Assembly (NCBI GenBank): GCA_044070495.1
Contig: JBIPSI010000007.1
Span: forward strand, 32,001 to 96,000
Source of the DNA: Spirulina sp.
Lineage (GTDB): Bacteria; Cyanobacteriota; Cyanobacteriia; Phormidesmidales; Phormidesmidaceae
DNA length: 64,000 bases
Reading direction: 5' to 3'
The position numbers were made by a program, and so were the translations under genes. Positions 40,028-50,903 of this stretch are shown here, one piece after another (within the stretch, counting starts at the first letter, position 1; the number at the start of each line of letters is the position of its first letter). Under the pieces are notes generated by a model. It did not search any database. It saw only the letters and a program-made list of their open reading frames with translations, and had not been told where the DNA came from.

Positions 40028-41710
40028 ATGATGGTAGGAACTGTGCTTTACGATCCCCTCATCCATGCTAATCCTCTCGCATCGGGCTTTTTCGCCTATG
40101 GGCAGTTGCCCACCGCCCCGATTTTTCTCCAGAACTTCCCCCCCAGCAGCGTTGGGGATATCACAGATGTCTATGAGGTGTTGCCCCTGCCCCAGGTCAG
40201 TTCCTCCACGGGCACCAGGCTGAATACCAATGGCACGCTGATCAACATTTCCCCAGGCTACGAGCCGCTCACCTACTACGCCTCTAACGGCACCATCAAG
40301 ATCCCTACCGGGCGCACCCTCACCCTAACGCCCTTCCAAGGCTATGCCGGTTTTGCCAACCATACGATTGACTTGGATTTTGCCAATCTCGATCTGTTTA
40401 CCTTCGATCCCAATTCAGCGGAGCTCACCCCCGTCAATGGGGCCTTCCCTGTTTTAGATCCAGGCCAAGGCTTTGCGGTGGAGTTTGATCTGGCCATTGC
40501 CCTAGAACAAAGCAACGCCAATCGGGCTGGCTTCAGCGTTACCGTCATCAGTAACGATCTCAGTAAGGGGCTAGAGATCGGCTTTAAGGAAGCGGGTCTC
40601 AACAGCGATTATATTTTTGCCCAAAACGCCAACCTCAATGCTGCCAGCGAGGGGGAACGGAGCGTCTTACCGTTAGAAATTCAGGTGGCCCAGCGCTATC
40701 GACTGGCCATGCAGGGCAGTAGCTACACCCTCTCGGTGAATGGCACCACTCTGCTCACAGGCACCCTGCGAGATTATAGCTTCGACCCCACCCTCAGCAG
40801 TCCGCCCTTTCCTGAGGCCGTTAACCCCTACGAAACCCCTAATTTTCTTTTCTTTGGCGACAATACCGACCAGGGCTACGCCGACTTTACCCTAGGGCGG
40901 GTTGCCCTGGTCTCCCTGCCCCCTTCCCTGGCCCGCCGATCAGACTTTAGCGGCAATGGATCCGCTGATATCCTATGGCGCAACCAGGCCGGAGGACAGA
41001 CGCTGCTGTGGCAAATGGAGGGCACCACCCTCAAGGATGGGGCATTTTTTGGCCCGCCTGTCCCCGCCGAGTGGGCGATCAAAGCCGTTGGGGATCTGAA
41101 TGGGGACGGTCGGCCCGACATCGTGTGGCAGCATCAGCAGACCTCCGCCGTGGCGGCTTGGCAGATGGATGGCACAACGCTGACCACAGGGGATCTGCTG
41201 CCGCCGGTTGACCCCCTTTGGCAACTCACCGCCGCCAGCGACTTTAACCAGGATGGCAAGGATGACCTGCTGTGGCGGCACCAAACCACCGGGAACCTAG
41301 TGGTCTGGTATATGGACGGTCTGACTCAAACGGGAGGAGACCTGCTCACGGCTCCCGCCGTGGCCGATGCCGCCTGGGAAATAGGTGCCGTGGGCGACTT
41401 TAGCAACGATGGCAATCCAGATATTCTCTGGCACAACCGCACCACCGGCGCGATTGGTTTTTGGTCAATGACGGGCATCACCTTCAATGGGGTTACCTCT
41501 GTGACCCAGGGGGGCAGTCCCTTGACCACCGTTGATCCGGCGTGGCAGGCCATTGGTACCGCCGACTTCAACCAGGATGGTCAGCTTGATGTGCTGTGGC
41601 GGCATCGTCAGAACGGCGGCACGGTGCTATGGCTGATGGATAATTTCTCGATTATCAGCGGTGTCGGGCTGCCCACAGTGGATCCAGCGGGCTGGACAGC
41701 ATCGGTATAG
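40028..41710 (+). CDS. Extracellular protein: beta-rich N-domain plus FG-GAP/VCBS-like repeats
   Basis: Five D(F/L)xxxGxxD(I/L/V)(L/V)W repeats; N-domain with 'NRAGFSV', 'PNFLFFGDNT'. Confidence 0.8.
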   Translation: MMVGTVLYDPLIHANPLASGFFAYGQLPTAPIFLQNFPPSSVGDITDVYEVLPLPQVSSSTGTRLNTNGTLINISPGYEPLTYYASNGTIKIPTGRTLTLTPFQGYAGFANHTIDLDFANLDLFTFDPNSAELTPVNGAFPVLDPGQGFAVEFDLAIALEQSNANRAGFSVTVISNDLSKGLEIGFKEAGLNSDYIFAQNANLNAASEGERSVLPLEIQVAQRYRLAMQGSSYTLSVNGTTLLTGTLRDYSFDPTLSSPPFPEAVNPYETPNFLFFGDNTDQGYADFTLGRVALVSLPPSLARRSDFSGNGSADILWRNQAGGQTLLWQMEGTTLKDGAFFGPPVPAEWAIKAVGDLNGDGRPDIVWQHQQTSAVAAWQMDGTTLTTGDLLPPVDPLWQLTAASDFNQDGKDDLLWRHQTTGNLVVWYMDGLTQTGGDLLTAPAVADAAWEIGAVGDFSNDGNPDILWHNRTTGAIGFWSMTGITFNGVTSVTQGGSPLTTVDPAWQAIGTADFNQDGQLDVLWRHRQNGGTVLWLMDNFSIISGVGLPTVDPAGWTASV

Positions 41711-41887
41711 ATAATCGTTGTGGCGTCTAGTCGCTCTCGTGCCTGGGTTGGCCTGAGGTTGGGTTCTCCCTTGGACACCCTTGCCGATTGTCTGGTTTAC
41801 GTGGACTCCTAGGCTAGGGTATTAGCGCTATCCTAGGCAGGAGAGCGCACCGGTGCTGGATGCTAGCAGGAGTCGGAGGAGCCAACC

Positions 41888-41995
41888 ATGGTCAAGATTG
41901 TCAGCCGTCAGTCCTTGGGGGTGCAGCCCGTCTACGACATTGGCGTGGCGGCGGATCACAACTTTCTCCTAGCCGATGGCCGGGTGGCCTCGAAC
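41888..41995 (+). other. C-terminal fragment of the naturally split DnaE intein
   Basis: MVKIVSRQSLGVQPVYDIGVAADHNFLLADGRVASN/CFN. Confidence 0.97.
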
Positions 41996-43243
41996 TGCTT
42001 TAACAAATCCCACTCTACGGCCTACGGGTTTGTGACCTTCCAAACGGCGTATCTGAAGGCCAACTATCCCGTGGAGTACATGGCGGCGCTGCTGACCTCC
42101 AACAGCGGCGACCAAGACAAGGTGCAGATGCACATCGCCAACTGCATCGCCATGGGCATTGAGGTGCTGCCGCCCGATATCAACCGCTCCCTGGTGGATT
42201 TTACCCCCGAAGGGCAAAATATTCTCTTTGGCCTCTCAGCGGTGCGCAATGTTGGGTTGGGGGCGATTGAGTGCCTGATTAAAGAGCGGGATAAGGACGG
42301 CCCCTTCAAGTCCTTAGCGGAACTGTGCGACCGCATTGACCTCCATGCTGTTAACCGTCGGGCCTTGGAATCGCTGATTTTGGCGGGGGCGCTGGACACC
42401 ATCAACCCCAATCGCCAACAGCTCATGCAGCACTTGGCGCTAATGATTGACTGGGCGCAGGGACGGGCCAAGGATCGTGAAATTGGCCAGGGCAACCTGT
42501 TCGATATGATGCTGGGCGGCGGCGAGACCTCGGCGGCTCCAGTCCCCGGTGGCTATGAGGGAGCCCCTGAGGCTCCGAAGGTGGATGATTTTGACGACCA
42601 AGAAAAGCTGCGCCAGGAGAAGGAAATCCTCGGCTTTTACATTTCCAACCATCCCCTCAAATCGGTGCAGCGTCCGGCCCGCATCCTCGCCCCCATCAAC
42701 CTGGCAGAACTGGGGGAACAGCCCGACAATGTCACCCTCAGCGCCATTGTGCTACTGTCCTCCGTAAAGCCTGTGATCACCAAAAAAGGGGATCGCATGG
42801 CTATTGTGCAGATTGAAGACCTAACCGGACAGTCTGAGGCGGTGGTCTTTCCCAAGTCCTTTGAGCGCATTGGCCAACACATCGTGGCCGACAAGCGCCT
42901 GATGCTGTGGGGCAAGGTAGACCGCCGGGACGACCGGGTGCAGTTCATCATCGACGATGCCGAACCCATCGAAGAGGTGCGCATGGTGATGGTTGAGCTG
43001 GATCCAAAGCTGGCGGGCGACATTGAACAGCAGCACCGCCTCCGCAACGTCATCCGCAACCACCAGGGCGAAGATCCTAAGTATGCCCGTGTGCCCGTCA
43101 TTGCGGTGATTGGTACTAGCCACCAGCGGCAGTTTGTTCGCCTAGGGGCACAGTTCCGAGTTAACGATCCCGAAGCCGCTGTCAATGCCTTGGTACAGGC
43201 CAACTTCAACGCCAAAGCCACGCCCCTGGTGGCTTCGGCCTGA
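41888..43243 (+). CDS. dnaE: DNA polymerase III alpha subunit, C-terminal half, with split intein (DnaE-c)
   Basis: 36-aa IntC ending 'HNFLLADGRVASN' followed by extein 'CFNKSHS'; 'LPPDINRS'; OB-fold 'GDRMA..IEDLTG'. Confidence 0.98.
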   Translation: MVKIVSRQSLGVQPVYDIGVAADHNFLLADGRVASNCFNKSHSTAYGFVTFQTAYLKANYPVEYMAALLTSNSGDQDKVQMHIANCIAMGIEVLPPDINRSLVDFTPEGQNILFGLSAVRNVGLGAIECLIKERDKDGPFKSLAELCDRIDLHAVNRRALESLILAGALDTINPNRQQLMQHLALMIDWAQGRAKDREIGQGNLFDMMLGGGETSAAPVPGGYEGAPEAPKVDDFDDQEKLRQEKEILGFYISNHPLKSVQRPARILAPINLAELGEQPDNVTLSAIVLLSSVKPVITKKGDRMAIVQIEDLTGQSEAVVFPKSFERIGQHIVADKRLMLWGKVDRRDDRVQFIIDDAEPIEEVRMVMVELDPKLAGDIEQQHRLRNVIRNHQGEDPKYARVPVIAVIGTSHQRQFVRLGAQFRVNDPEAAVNALVQANFNAKATPLVASA

Positions 43244-43387
43244 TGGCCTGCCCCATCTCCAAAGTAGGTTGGGTGCAGCGAAGCGGAACCCAACACTTTC
43301 CGAGGATATCGGGCTTGTTGGGTTCTGCTATCGCGCCACCCAACCTACGAGAGATAAAGGCTTTTCGGCGATGTGTCAGTCAGCCAG
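43240..43387 (+). mobile_element. 148-bp MITE (type A) inserted in the last codon of dnaE-c
   Basis: Perfect TSD ggcttcggc at 43231-43239 and 43388-43396; right end tgtcagtcagccag. Confidence 0.88.
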
Positions 43388-43453
43388 GGCTTCGGCCTAG
43401 TGGCGTTCCAGACCATTTACCGCTACGGATGATCAGCGCGATTCAACCATGGC

Positions 43454-45610
43454 CTAGCCTTTGACGATGGCTCCAAAGTTGGCCAGGACTAAGGCGTGGT
43501 TCCGTAATAAACCCAGCAAATTTAGACGGTTTTGGCGGATGGCGGGGTTTTCGTCCATCACCAGTACGCTGTCGGGGCCATCGAAGAAACCGCTGACCAC
43601 GGGGGCCGCCTGCTGAAGGCCAGCGAGCAACTGCTGGTAGTCGCGGCTGGCCTGGGCGGCTTGGGTTTGGGGCAAGAGGGTTTCTAGGGTATCTAAAAAC
43701 GCTTGCTCGGCGGGGGATTGGAACTGTTTAGCATCCACCAATCCGGTGGGATCGAGGACGGTGGTGGCCAGATCGCCCTGGGCGGCAAGGCGGGTGGCAC
43801 GAGTCACCGTTTCATAAATGGTGGCGAGGCGGCCATCCTGGCGGATTTCCTGGAGGAACAGCGCCCGGTTCTTGGCATCGAGCAAATCCACCAAGGCGCG
43901 GTCGGCGTAGGTGGGATTGTCTTCTCCGAGGGTGGCGTTTACTAGGTCGTAGTCAATGCCGAGTTCATCCTGGAGCAGAGTTTGCACCCGTTGCAGGAAA
44001 AAGTCGCGCAGTTGACCCAGCAGCGGTTCGGCTTCGGTAATGGGGACATCTGGATTGGCGACGGCATCGGCCACCACCGCCTGAAGCAGGGCCAGCAGAT
44101 TGAGAGGAAGCCCCGCCGCCCAGATGATATTCACCACGGCGTTGGCGGCGCGGCGCAGGGCAAAGGGGTCTGAAGACCCGCTGGGCTTTTCGCCGAGGCT
44201 GAAGATGCTGACCAGGGTATCTAGTCGATCCGCCAAACCCACCCCTTGGCCCACCAGGGTTTGGGGCAGTTGATCGTGGGCACCACGGGGTAGGTAGTGC
44301 TCAAAGATAGCGGTGGCGACGGCATTGGGTTCGCCGCTGTGGCTAGCGTAGGTTTGGCCCATCACCCCCTGGAGTTCGGGGAATTCTCCCACCATTTGGG
44401 AAACCAAATCCGCCTTGCACAGGTGGGCGGCCCGCTGGAGGTGCTGGCGGGTAGCGGTCTCTAGCCCAAGCTGGTCGGCAATGCGGGCGGCGATGGCTTC
44501 GATGCGCTGCACCTTGGCGGCCATGGAACCCAGCCGTTCCTCAAAGGTGACGGTTTCCAGCTTGGTGACGAAGTCTTCTAGGGGAACAGCCCGGTCGGCA
44601 TCGAAGAAAAACTTACCGTCCGACAGGCGGGCACGGATCACCCTGGCGTTGCCCTCGGCGATGATGGCGGCTTTGGCTGGATCGCCGTTGGAAATGGTGA
44701 TGAAGTAGGGCATCAACTCGGCGGACTGGGCCGACTTTCGCACCGGGAAATAGCGCTGGTGGCTCTCCATTTCCATGGTGGCGACCTCCGGCGGCAGTTC
44801 CAAAAATTCCGCGTCAAACTGGCCGACGACAGCGGTGGGCCACTCTACCAAGTTGGTGACTTCATCGAGGAGCGATTCCGAAATCACGGGCACTCCGCCT
44901 AGTTCCTTGGCCGCTTTTTCCACCTGCTTTTGAATCAGCAAACGGCGGGCGGCGGGGTCAATTTCCACAAAGGCGTGGCGCAGGGTTTCCACATAGTCTT
45001 GGGCCTGCTTCAGGGAGATAGCGTCTGGAGCCAAGACACGATGGCCCTGGGAATGACGACCGCTTTGGCAGGTAATCGACCCATTTTCGAGGGTGAGGGG
45101 CAGCACCTCAGCATCCAACAGTGTCACCAGCCAGCGAATGGGCCGAGGAAAGCGCAGGTCGCCATCACCCCAGCGCATGAACCGCTTGCCCTCCAGGTTC
45201 AAAATCCAGCCAGGGATCAGTTCCGTCAGCACCTCGGCGGCGGGGCGTCCGGCGATGGCCTGGGTGACAAACACAAAGGCTCCCTTATCGGTCTCGCGCA
45301 CTTCAAGCGCATCGAGTTCGACCCCACGGGAACGGGCAAAGCCTTCAGCGGCCTTGGTGGGCTGGCCATCTTTAAATGCCGCCTGGGCCGGGGGGCCTTT
45401 CACTTCCTCCGTGCGGTCAGGCTGGCGATCTGGTAAGCCTTCTAACACCATGGCCAACCGCCGAGGCGTGCCGTAAAACCGCACCAGTTCTGGGGCGAGG
45501 GCCTGTTCTTCCAGATCCGCCACCACCCGCTGTTGCCACTGAGCCAGGGCATCGCTTACAAAACTGGCGGGCAATTCTTCGGTGCCCACTTCCAGCAAAA
45601 ATGTCGCCAT
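43454..45610 (-). CDS. glyS: Glycine--tRNA ligase beta subunit
   Basis: '[11 protein letters not shown]', 'TPRRLA', 'MRWG', '[10 protein letters not shown]', '[10 protein letters not shown]'. Confidence 0.98.
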   Translation of the reverse strand: MATFLLEVGTEELPASFVSDALAQWQQRVVADLEEQALAPELVRFYGTPRRLAMVLEGLPDRQPDRTEEVKGPPAQAAFKDGQPTKAAEGFARSRGVELDALEVRETDKGAFVFVTQAIAGRPAAEVLTELIPGWILNLEGKRFMRWGDGDLRFPRPIRWLVTLLDAEVLPLTLENGSITCQSGRHSQGHRVLAPDAISLKQAQDYVETLRHAFVEIDPAARRLLIQKQVEKAAKELGGVPVISESLLDEVTNLVEWPTAVVGQFDAEFLELPPEVATMEMESHQRYFPVRKSAQSAELMPYFITISNGDPAKAAIIAEGNARVIRARLSDGKFFFDADRAVPLEDFVTKLETVTFEERLGSMAAKVQRIEAIAARIADQLGLETATRQHLQRAAHLCKADLVSQMVGEFPELQGVMGQTYASHSGEPNAVATAIFEHYLPRGAHDQLPQTLVGQGVGLADRLDTLVSIFSLGEKPSGSSDPFALRRAANAVVNIIWAAGLPLNLLALLQAVVADAVANPDVPITEAEPLLGQLRDFFLQRVQTLLQDELGIDYDLVNATLGEDNPTYADRALVDLLDAKNRALFLQEIRQDGRLATIYETVTRATRLAAQGDLATTVLDPTGLVDAKQFQSPAEQAFLDTLETLLPQTQAAQASRDYQQLLAGLQQAAPVVSGFFDGPDSVLVMDENPAIRQNRLNLLGLLRNHALVLANFGAIVKG

Positions 45611-45829
45611 AGGATAATCGAGAGAATAAACCGAAAATAAACCGTAGATCGCCGTGCTGCTGGGTTGGCTAGGGGATGGAGGACGCCCTCAACCGTACTT
45701 TTGCAGCGTTATCAGTCTACCAAGAACCGTTGGCGCTTTTGCTCGATACCCAGACTGGCCCTAGCTACCCCATGGCCTGGTAGGATCAGCCTATTTCGTT
45801 GAACTGTACACCCGTTTAAGCGCACACCA

Positions 45830-46099
45830 ATGGCCAAATATGTACTGTGGGGCCGCTATTGCGAGAACGCCCTAGAAAAGCGCACCCCCTACCGCGAAGC
45901 CCATTTGCAGGGGCTTCAGGCCCAAAAAGATCAGGGCATTTTGCAAGCCCTCGGCCCCACCACCGACAATACCAAGGTGTTTGGCATCTACGAAGCCGAG
46001 GACGAAGCCACCGTCCGCGCCCTGATCGAGTCTGACCCCTACTGGCAAAACGGCATTTGGACAGAGTACGAAATCCACCCCTGGAACCAGGTCTTTTAG
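45830..46099 (+). CDS. YciI-family protein
   Basis: 'KRTPYREAHL', 'SDPYWQNGIW'. Confidence 0.85.
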   Translation: MAKYVLWGRYCENALEKRTPYREAHLQGLQAQKDQGILQALGPTTDNTKVFGIYEAEDEATVRALIESDPYWQNGIWTEYEIHPWNQVF

Positions 46100-46290
46100 C
46101 CTCGATTCGGGTTAGACCAAGCATCGGGGAAATCGGAAACTTCACCGAGACCTGCACACCTCCTGCCAATCCTCTTCAGAGGATTTCGGCTTTAAGCCAA
46201 GGACTTCAGCCTTGGCTTAAAGCCAGCCTAAGCGCTTGCCCCACCCTCGCCACTCTGCAACCTTCTCTGTTCCCTAACGACTTTTCCCCT

Positions 46291-46956
46291 GTGTCCTACG
46301 CCAACCCCATTGATGATGTGTCCGATGCCCGCCGCCATGCTCCGGCTACCCAGCGCAACCGAGAGCCAATTTTGGCGGTGCTAGAGCGGGTATTGCCGCC
46401 GACGGGAACCGTGCTGGAGATTTCCAGCGGTACCGGGGAACATGCGGTGTTTTTTGCCCCTCGGTTGGCCCCGCGCCAGTGGCTTCCTTCGGATCCTGAT
46501 GCCCTATCCCGCCAGAGTATCTTGGCTTGGCAAAGGGCGACCCCCGCCGACAACCTGCACCCGCCCCTGGCCCTAGATGCAAGTACGACTCCCTGGCCTG
46601 TAGACGATTCCCAAGCGAGCCTGGGGGTGAATTTGACCGATCATCCCATCACCGCCATCGTGAATATCAATATGATTCACATTGCCCCCTGGGAGGCTTG
46701 CTTGGGGCTGATGGCTGGGGCTGGGCGACTGTTGCCCCAGGGTGGCATTCTCTATCTCTATGGCCCGTATAAGCAGGGTGGCCAACATACTGCTCCTAGC
46801 AATGCGGCCTTTGATCAAAGCCTTCAGGCCCAAAATCCGGCCTGGGGTGTGCGGGATTTAGAAACAGTGGTGGCGGTGGCCGAATCGGTTGGACTGAGCT
46901 TCCTTGAAACCGTCGCCATGCCTGCCAATAACCTCTCGGTGGTGTTTTGGGCCTAG
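46291..46956 (+). CDS. DUF938 SAM-dependent methyltransferase-like protein (start approximate)
   Basis: 'APATQRNREPI', 'VLEISSGTGEH', 'NMIHIAPW', 'MPANNL'. Confidence 0.88.
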   Translation: MSYANPIDDVSDARRHAPATQRNREPILAVLERVLPPTGTVLEISSGTGEHAVFFAPRLAPRQWLPSDPDALSRQSILAWQRATPADNLHPPLALDASTTPWPVDDSQASLGVNLTDHPITAIVNINMIHIAPWEACLGLMAGAGRLLPQGGILYLYGPYKQGGQHTAPSNAAFDQSLQAQNPAWGVRDLETVVAVAESVGLSFLETVAMPANNLSVVFWA

Positions 46957-47061
46957 CGTCCTATCGACCTTGGCGCGGGAACATTGTGATTAACGGAGGC
47001 TAAGCTTAAAGTCCCTAGGCTTCTGGGAGTCTGGTCGTTCAGGATACACGGGTGAGCCGCG

Positions 47062-47745
47062 ATGAATGTGCTGCTGGTGGAGGATGAAGCCAAAATTGCC
47101 AGCTTTGTGGTGCAAGGGCTGCGAGAGCAGGGCTTTGTGGTGGATCACTGCGCCAATGGCAACGAGGGCTACGATTGGGCCACAGAGCGGGAGTATGATG
47201 TGCTGCTGCTGGATATTATGGTGCCCGGTAAGGATGGGCTGGCGATTTTGAAGGATCTGCGCCAGGGGGGGCAAACGGTGCCGATTATCCTCCTCACCGC
47301 CCGCAATGCCCTGGATGATCGGCTGACTGGGCTGAACCTAGGGGCCGATGATTACCTGGCCAAACCCTTCTACGTGGAGGAACTGGTGGCCCGCATCCAT
47401 GCCGTGGTGCGCCGTACCCAGGGAGAACGGCAGAATATCCTGGCCCAGGGGCCGCTGCGGCTGGATCGCATTACCCGCACGGTAACCAGTGGGGATCGCC
47501 AGGTAGACCTAACCGGCAAGGAATTCAACCTGCTGGAATACCTGATGCGGTCGCCCGGACGGGTCTTCACTCGCACCCAAATTTTGGAGCATGTCTGGGG
47601 CTACGACTTCAACCCCAGTACCAACGTGGTGGATGTAGCCATCCAACGTCTCCGCAAAAAGCTAGATCCCGTTGAAGCGGCCCACTGGATCGAAAGCGTG
47701 CGCGGCGTGGGCTATCGGTTTCGCCCTCCGGAGGCCAACCCATGA
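47062..47745 (+). CDS. OmpR-family response regulator (CusR/CopR-like)
   Basis: 'LLVEDE', 'GADDYLAKPF', 'TNVVDVAIQRLRKK', 'VRGVGY'. Confidence 0.95.
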   Translation: MNVLLVEDEAKIASFVVQGLREQGFVVDHCANGNEGYDWATEREYDVLLLDIMVPGKDGLAILKDLRQGGQTVPIILLTARNALDDRLTGLNLGADDYLAKPFYVEELVARIHAVVRRTQGERQNILAQGPLRLDRITRTVTSGDRQVDLTGKEFNLLEYLMRSPGRVFTRTQILEHVWGYDFNPSTNVVDVAIQRLRKKLDPVEAAHWIESVRGVGYRFRPPEANP

Positions 47746-49238
47746 CGCGGCCTTCCCTGCGCTGGCGGCTGGCCCTGCTGTCTTCAGCCCTGGCGGGGGG
47801 CGTGCTGCTGGGGTTTGCCCTGCTGTCGGGCTGGCTCATCTACCAGGCCAAGCTCGACCGATTGGATGCCCAGTTGATCAGCGGTTTGCAACCCCTGGGG
47901 CGGCCCCGCAACGGCGACCCCCTCGCCAATCCTGAAATGGCCCTTGCCCAAACCCTCGGTTTGGCCGAACCGGAGGCCGTCGCCCTGGTGATTTTCGACC
48001 GCAACCACAGCCTGCGCTACCAATCCCCCTGGTGGCCTGAGAATCTGGCCCTGCCAAACTCCCTCCGTCCCGACATCCACCCTAGCCCAGCTAGCCCCAG
48101 CCTCGATGCGCCGCGTCCCTCGCTGCCCGCCCCCCCCGCTACCCAACCCCGGCGCGGCATGGATCGGGCGATGCCCCTGGAGGTCGTCACCCTTGGCCCC
48201 ATCACCGCACGGGGTTCTGGCCAGCGCTGGCGAGTGGTGGGGCGTTCTGGGCCGCTGGGTCGGGTGGTGATTGCCGTCAGCCTTCAGGCCATTCACCAAG
48301 AAATGGGTGCCCTGGGGCGGATTTACGGATTGACCATCCCCGGTGCCCTAGCCCTCGTCGCCGTGGGATCTTGGGCCTTGGCAGGGCGGGCCTTGCAACC
48401 AGTGCAAACCCTCAGCCAAGCCATTGCCCAGGTGACGGCCCAGGGTTTACATCAGCGCATTGTGAATGCCGAGGTCGATCAGGAATTTGAGCCGCTGATC
48501 ACGGCCTTCAACGCCATGCTAGAACGGCTGGAACGCAGCTTTCACCAGGCCACCCGCTTCAGTGGCGACGCCGCCCACGAACTCAAAACCCCCCTTGCCA
48601 TCCTCCAGGGCGAACTCGAACAAGCCCTGCAACAGGCCGAGGCCGGATCCCCCATCCAGCAAACCCTGGGGCGATTATTGGATGAGGTCAGCCGCCTGGG
48701 GGGCATTGTGCGCAAGCTGCTGCTGCTGTCCCTCGCTGATGCCGGACAGATGACCCTGCACCAAGCCCCCGTGAACCTGAGCCAATTGGTAGCCGACCAA
48801 CTGGAAGACCTAGCCCTACTGGCCCCCGATCTCACCGTTACCGCCGAGTTGCCCCCCAACCTCTGGGTCAATGGAGACAGTGACCTGCTGATTCAGGTGA
48901 TCCAAAACCTACTGGGCAACGCCATCAAATACAACCTGCCCCAGGGCTGGATTCGGGTGGTGGGTGAGGTGCACCAAGGCCAGAGCCAAATCACGATCAC
49001 CAATGCGGCCCAACCCCTTTCCGCCCAGGATCGGCAACACCTGTTTGATCGGTTTTACCGAGGCGATCCGGCCCGTAGCCGCACCACCGATGGCCTCGGT
49101 CTGGGCCTCAGTTTGGCCCGCGAAATTGCCCGCGCCCACGGCGGCGACCTCACCCTAGCCACTCCCCATCCCTCACCCCAGGAACCCTCTGCCGTCGGGT
49201 TGCGGCTGTGTCTGCCCTACGCCCAAGCGCAGACCTAG
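47742..49238 (+). CDS. Membrane HAMP histidine kinase (CusS-like)
   Basis: Two TM helices; 'AAHELKTPL', 'NAIKY', 'FDRFYRGD', 'GLGLGLSLA'; ATGA overlap. Confidence 0.95.
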   Translation: MTRPSLRWRLALLSSALAGGVLLGFALLSGWLIYQAKLDRLDAQLISGLQPLGRPRNGDPLANPEMALAQTLGLAEPEAVALVIFDRNHSLRYQSPWWPENLALPNSLRPDIHPSPASPSLDAPRPSLPAPPATQPRRGMDRAMPLEVVTLGPITARGSGQRWRVVGRSGPLGRVVIAVSLQAIHQEMGALGRIYGLTIPGALALVAVGSWALAGRALQPVQTLSQAIAQVTAQGLHQRIVNAEVDQEFEPLITAFNAMLERLERSFHQATRFSGDAAHELKTPLAILQGELEQALQQAEAGSPIQQTLGRLLDEVSRLGGIVRKLLLLSLADAGQMTLHQAPVNLSQLVADQLEDLALLAPDLTVTAELPPNLWVNGDSDLLIQVIQNLLGNAIKYNLPQGWIRVVGEVHQGQSQITITNAAQPLSAQDRQHLFDRFYRGDPARSRTTDGLGLGLSLAREIARAHGGDLTLATPHPSPQEPSAVGLRLCLPYAQAQT

Positions 49239-49261
49239 CCGCCACCGATAGAACCACGGGA

Positions 49262-50437
49262 TTAAGTTAGATCTAGGGGCAAATTCATGAAGGGTGTGTC
49301 GTCCTTGGCTTCGGCTTCTTTGGCGATGGCGTTGCGGTAGACATCGATTAAGTGGTTGGGGGCAATATCCCCATGGTGGGACAGAAACGACCACGGTTCA
49401 CCCGCATGGACAAAGTTGACAATCAGCAAGTTGCTGAGGGGCGTCATCGGCACCATATCCGCCAGATTTACCACCCGATAGTGGTTGGGCAGAAGCTTGC
49501 TGTGGGCTTCCACAAAGGCGAGATCACCGACGCGGGGGGTGCCGTAGGTGTAGATATGCAGGTTGGGCTGAAAATCGGGATAGTGCAGCGCCACATCCAT
49601 CGCCGCCAGGTTGGCCAGGGCACCGCCCAGGCTGTGGCCCGAAATCACCAGGGGTTTGGTGGGATCTAGGGTTTGCACCGCCGCCCTCACGGCCTCGGCC
49701 AGTTGGTTGAAGTACAGGGAAGAAAACCCCAAATGCACCTGGCCCAGCGCCTCCTCGGTTTGCGGATGCTTGTAGCTGGTTTGCAGGGTAAGCAAATCCC
49801 CCAGCACTTCGAGGGTGCGCTGGGTGCCCCGAAACATCAGCAGATTAAACACTTCGGAGGTGAGCAGAAACCCGTAGTACACCGGAACGGCCTGACGAAT
49901 TTGCACCACCTGCTCTACCTGCTGCTCGATGGCATCCGTGGTGCGCTCCAGCCGCCGTTGCAGACTGGGGATATCCTCGGTTTCTGACATCAGTTCCGCC
50001 AGGGGCACCTCAAAGCGAATGCGCTCCTGGGCCTGCTCTAGGGCGGTAAAGGAGGCCACCTGTTGAAACGCCTCCAGGCCCGCTTCGGGGTAAAAGGGCA
50101 GACGATCAATGCGGCCATCGTAGTCGGCCTGATACTTGCCCTGGAAATATTGCAGGGTGGACAGCCTAGCCGCCGCGATGATCTGCTTCGACCAATCGCG
50201 ATTGTAGGGAACCGTGGGCAATTGTTGTTGCGCCTGGGTTTGCCCCGTGGCCAGGTTTTGGATGGTTTCTAAGCTGGCCTGGTAGGCTTGCTGCACCAGG
50301 GCTTGGGGGTCGTACAACGCCTCTAGGGCAACCTGTTCGGCCTCAGCGGCACGTAGTTTTCGGGTATTGCGCCCCACAATGGCCGCTACAGAAGCCCCCA
50401 ATCCGCCCCAAAGGGCCTGCCGTCGCTTAAGTTTCAT
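49262..50437 (-). CDS. Class 3 lipase with probable Tat signal
   Basis: 'KRRQAL' twin-arginine; 'FRGT', 'VHLGF', 'GHSLGG', 'YGTPRVG'. Confidence 0.9.
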   Translation of the reverse strand: MKLKRRQALWGGLGASVAAIVGRNTRKLRAAEAEQVALEALYDPQALVQQAYQASLETIQNLATGQTQAQQQLPTVPYNRDWSKQIIAAARLSTLQYFQGKYQADYDGRIDRLPFYPEAGLEAFQQVASFTALEQAQERIRFEVPLAELMSETEDIPSLQRRLERTTDAIEQQVEQVVQIRQAVPVYYGFLLTSEVFNLLMFRGTQRTLEVLGDLLTLQTSYKHPQTEEALGQVHLGFSSLYFNQLAEAVRAAVQTLDPTKPLVISGHSLGGALANLAAMDVALHYPDFQPNLHIYTYGTPRVGDLAFVEAHSKLLPNHYRVVNLADMVPMTPLSNLLIVNFVHAGEPWSFLSHHGDIAPNHLIDVYRNAIAKEAEAKDDTPFMNLPLDLT

Positions 50438-50897
50438 GGGGGTTGTCCTCCTCCGGGACGGGCGCGATTGAGGTCGCTGGACTGGCTGGACTGGCTGGAC
50501 TGGCTGAACTGGTTGGGGAAAGGGCGCTGAGGTAGCAGTGGTTCACCGCCTGCCCCACCCCCCAAAAAAGGGCAAAAAATGCCAGCCCTGGGGCCAACCC
50601 CGCCAACCACGGCACCCGCACCCCCAGGACAATGCCAACAAACCCCGACGCAACGCCCAGCAGCACCGCTCCGGTAAGGCCCGCCAGCAAGCTGAGTTTG
50701 GCGACCACATCTGGAGTGTAGCCCTGCCATAGGCGTAAAATGCCCCGCACCATCAGGCCCAGCAGCACGGGCAGCGCAATAATCTTGAAAAAAATGCTGT
50801 AGGGGATGGGCAGCAGCGCCACCACAGCCGCCCCCAGGGCATAGTCCACCATTAGCCCTCTGGCCCGGTGGTTGAGACTGGCAGGCGAATGGGTCAC
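50427..50897 (-). CDS. Small membrane protein (DUF697-like), overlapping the lipase start
   Basis: Hydrophobic; 'ALLPIP'; SPA tandem repeat near the C-terminus. Confidence 0.6.
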   Translation of the reverse strand: MTHSPASLNHRARGLMVDYALGAAVVALLPIPYSIFFKIIALPVLLGLMVRGILRLWQGYTPDVVAKLSLLAGLTGAVLLGVASGFVGIVLGVRVPWLAGLAPGLAFFALFWGVGQAVNHCYLSALSPTSSASPASPASPATSIAPVPEEDNPHET

Positions 50898-50903
50898 CGT
50901 GGG

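Noticed and set aside
41888..43243. dnaE as a truncated pseudogene
   Set aside because: It is the normal C-terminal half of the trans-spliced cyanobacterial DnaE.
46057..46290. N-terminal extension of the DUF938 ORF
   Set aside because: Overlaps yciI and lacks family motifs; the true start is probably near 46291.
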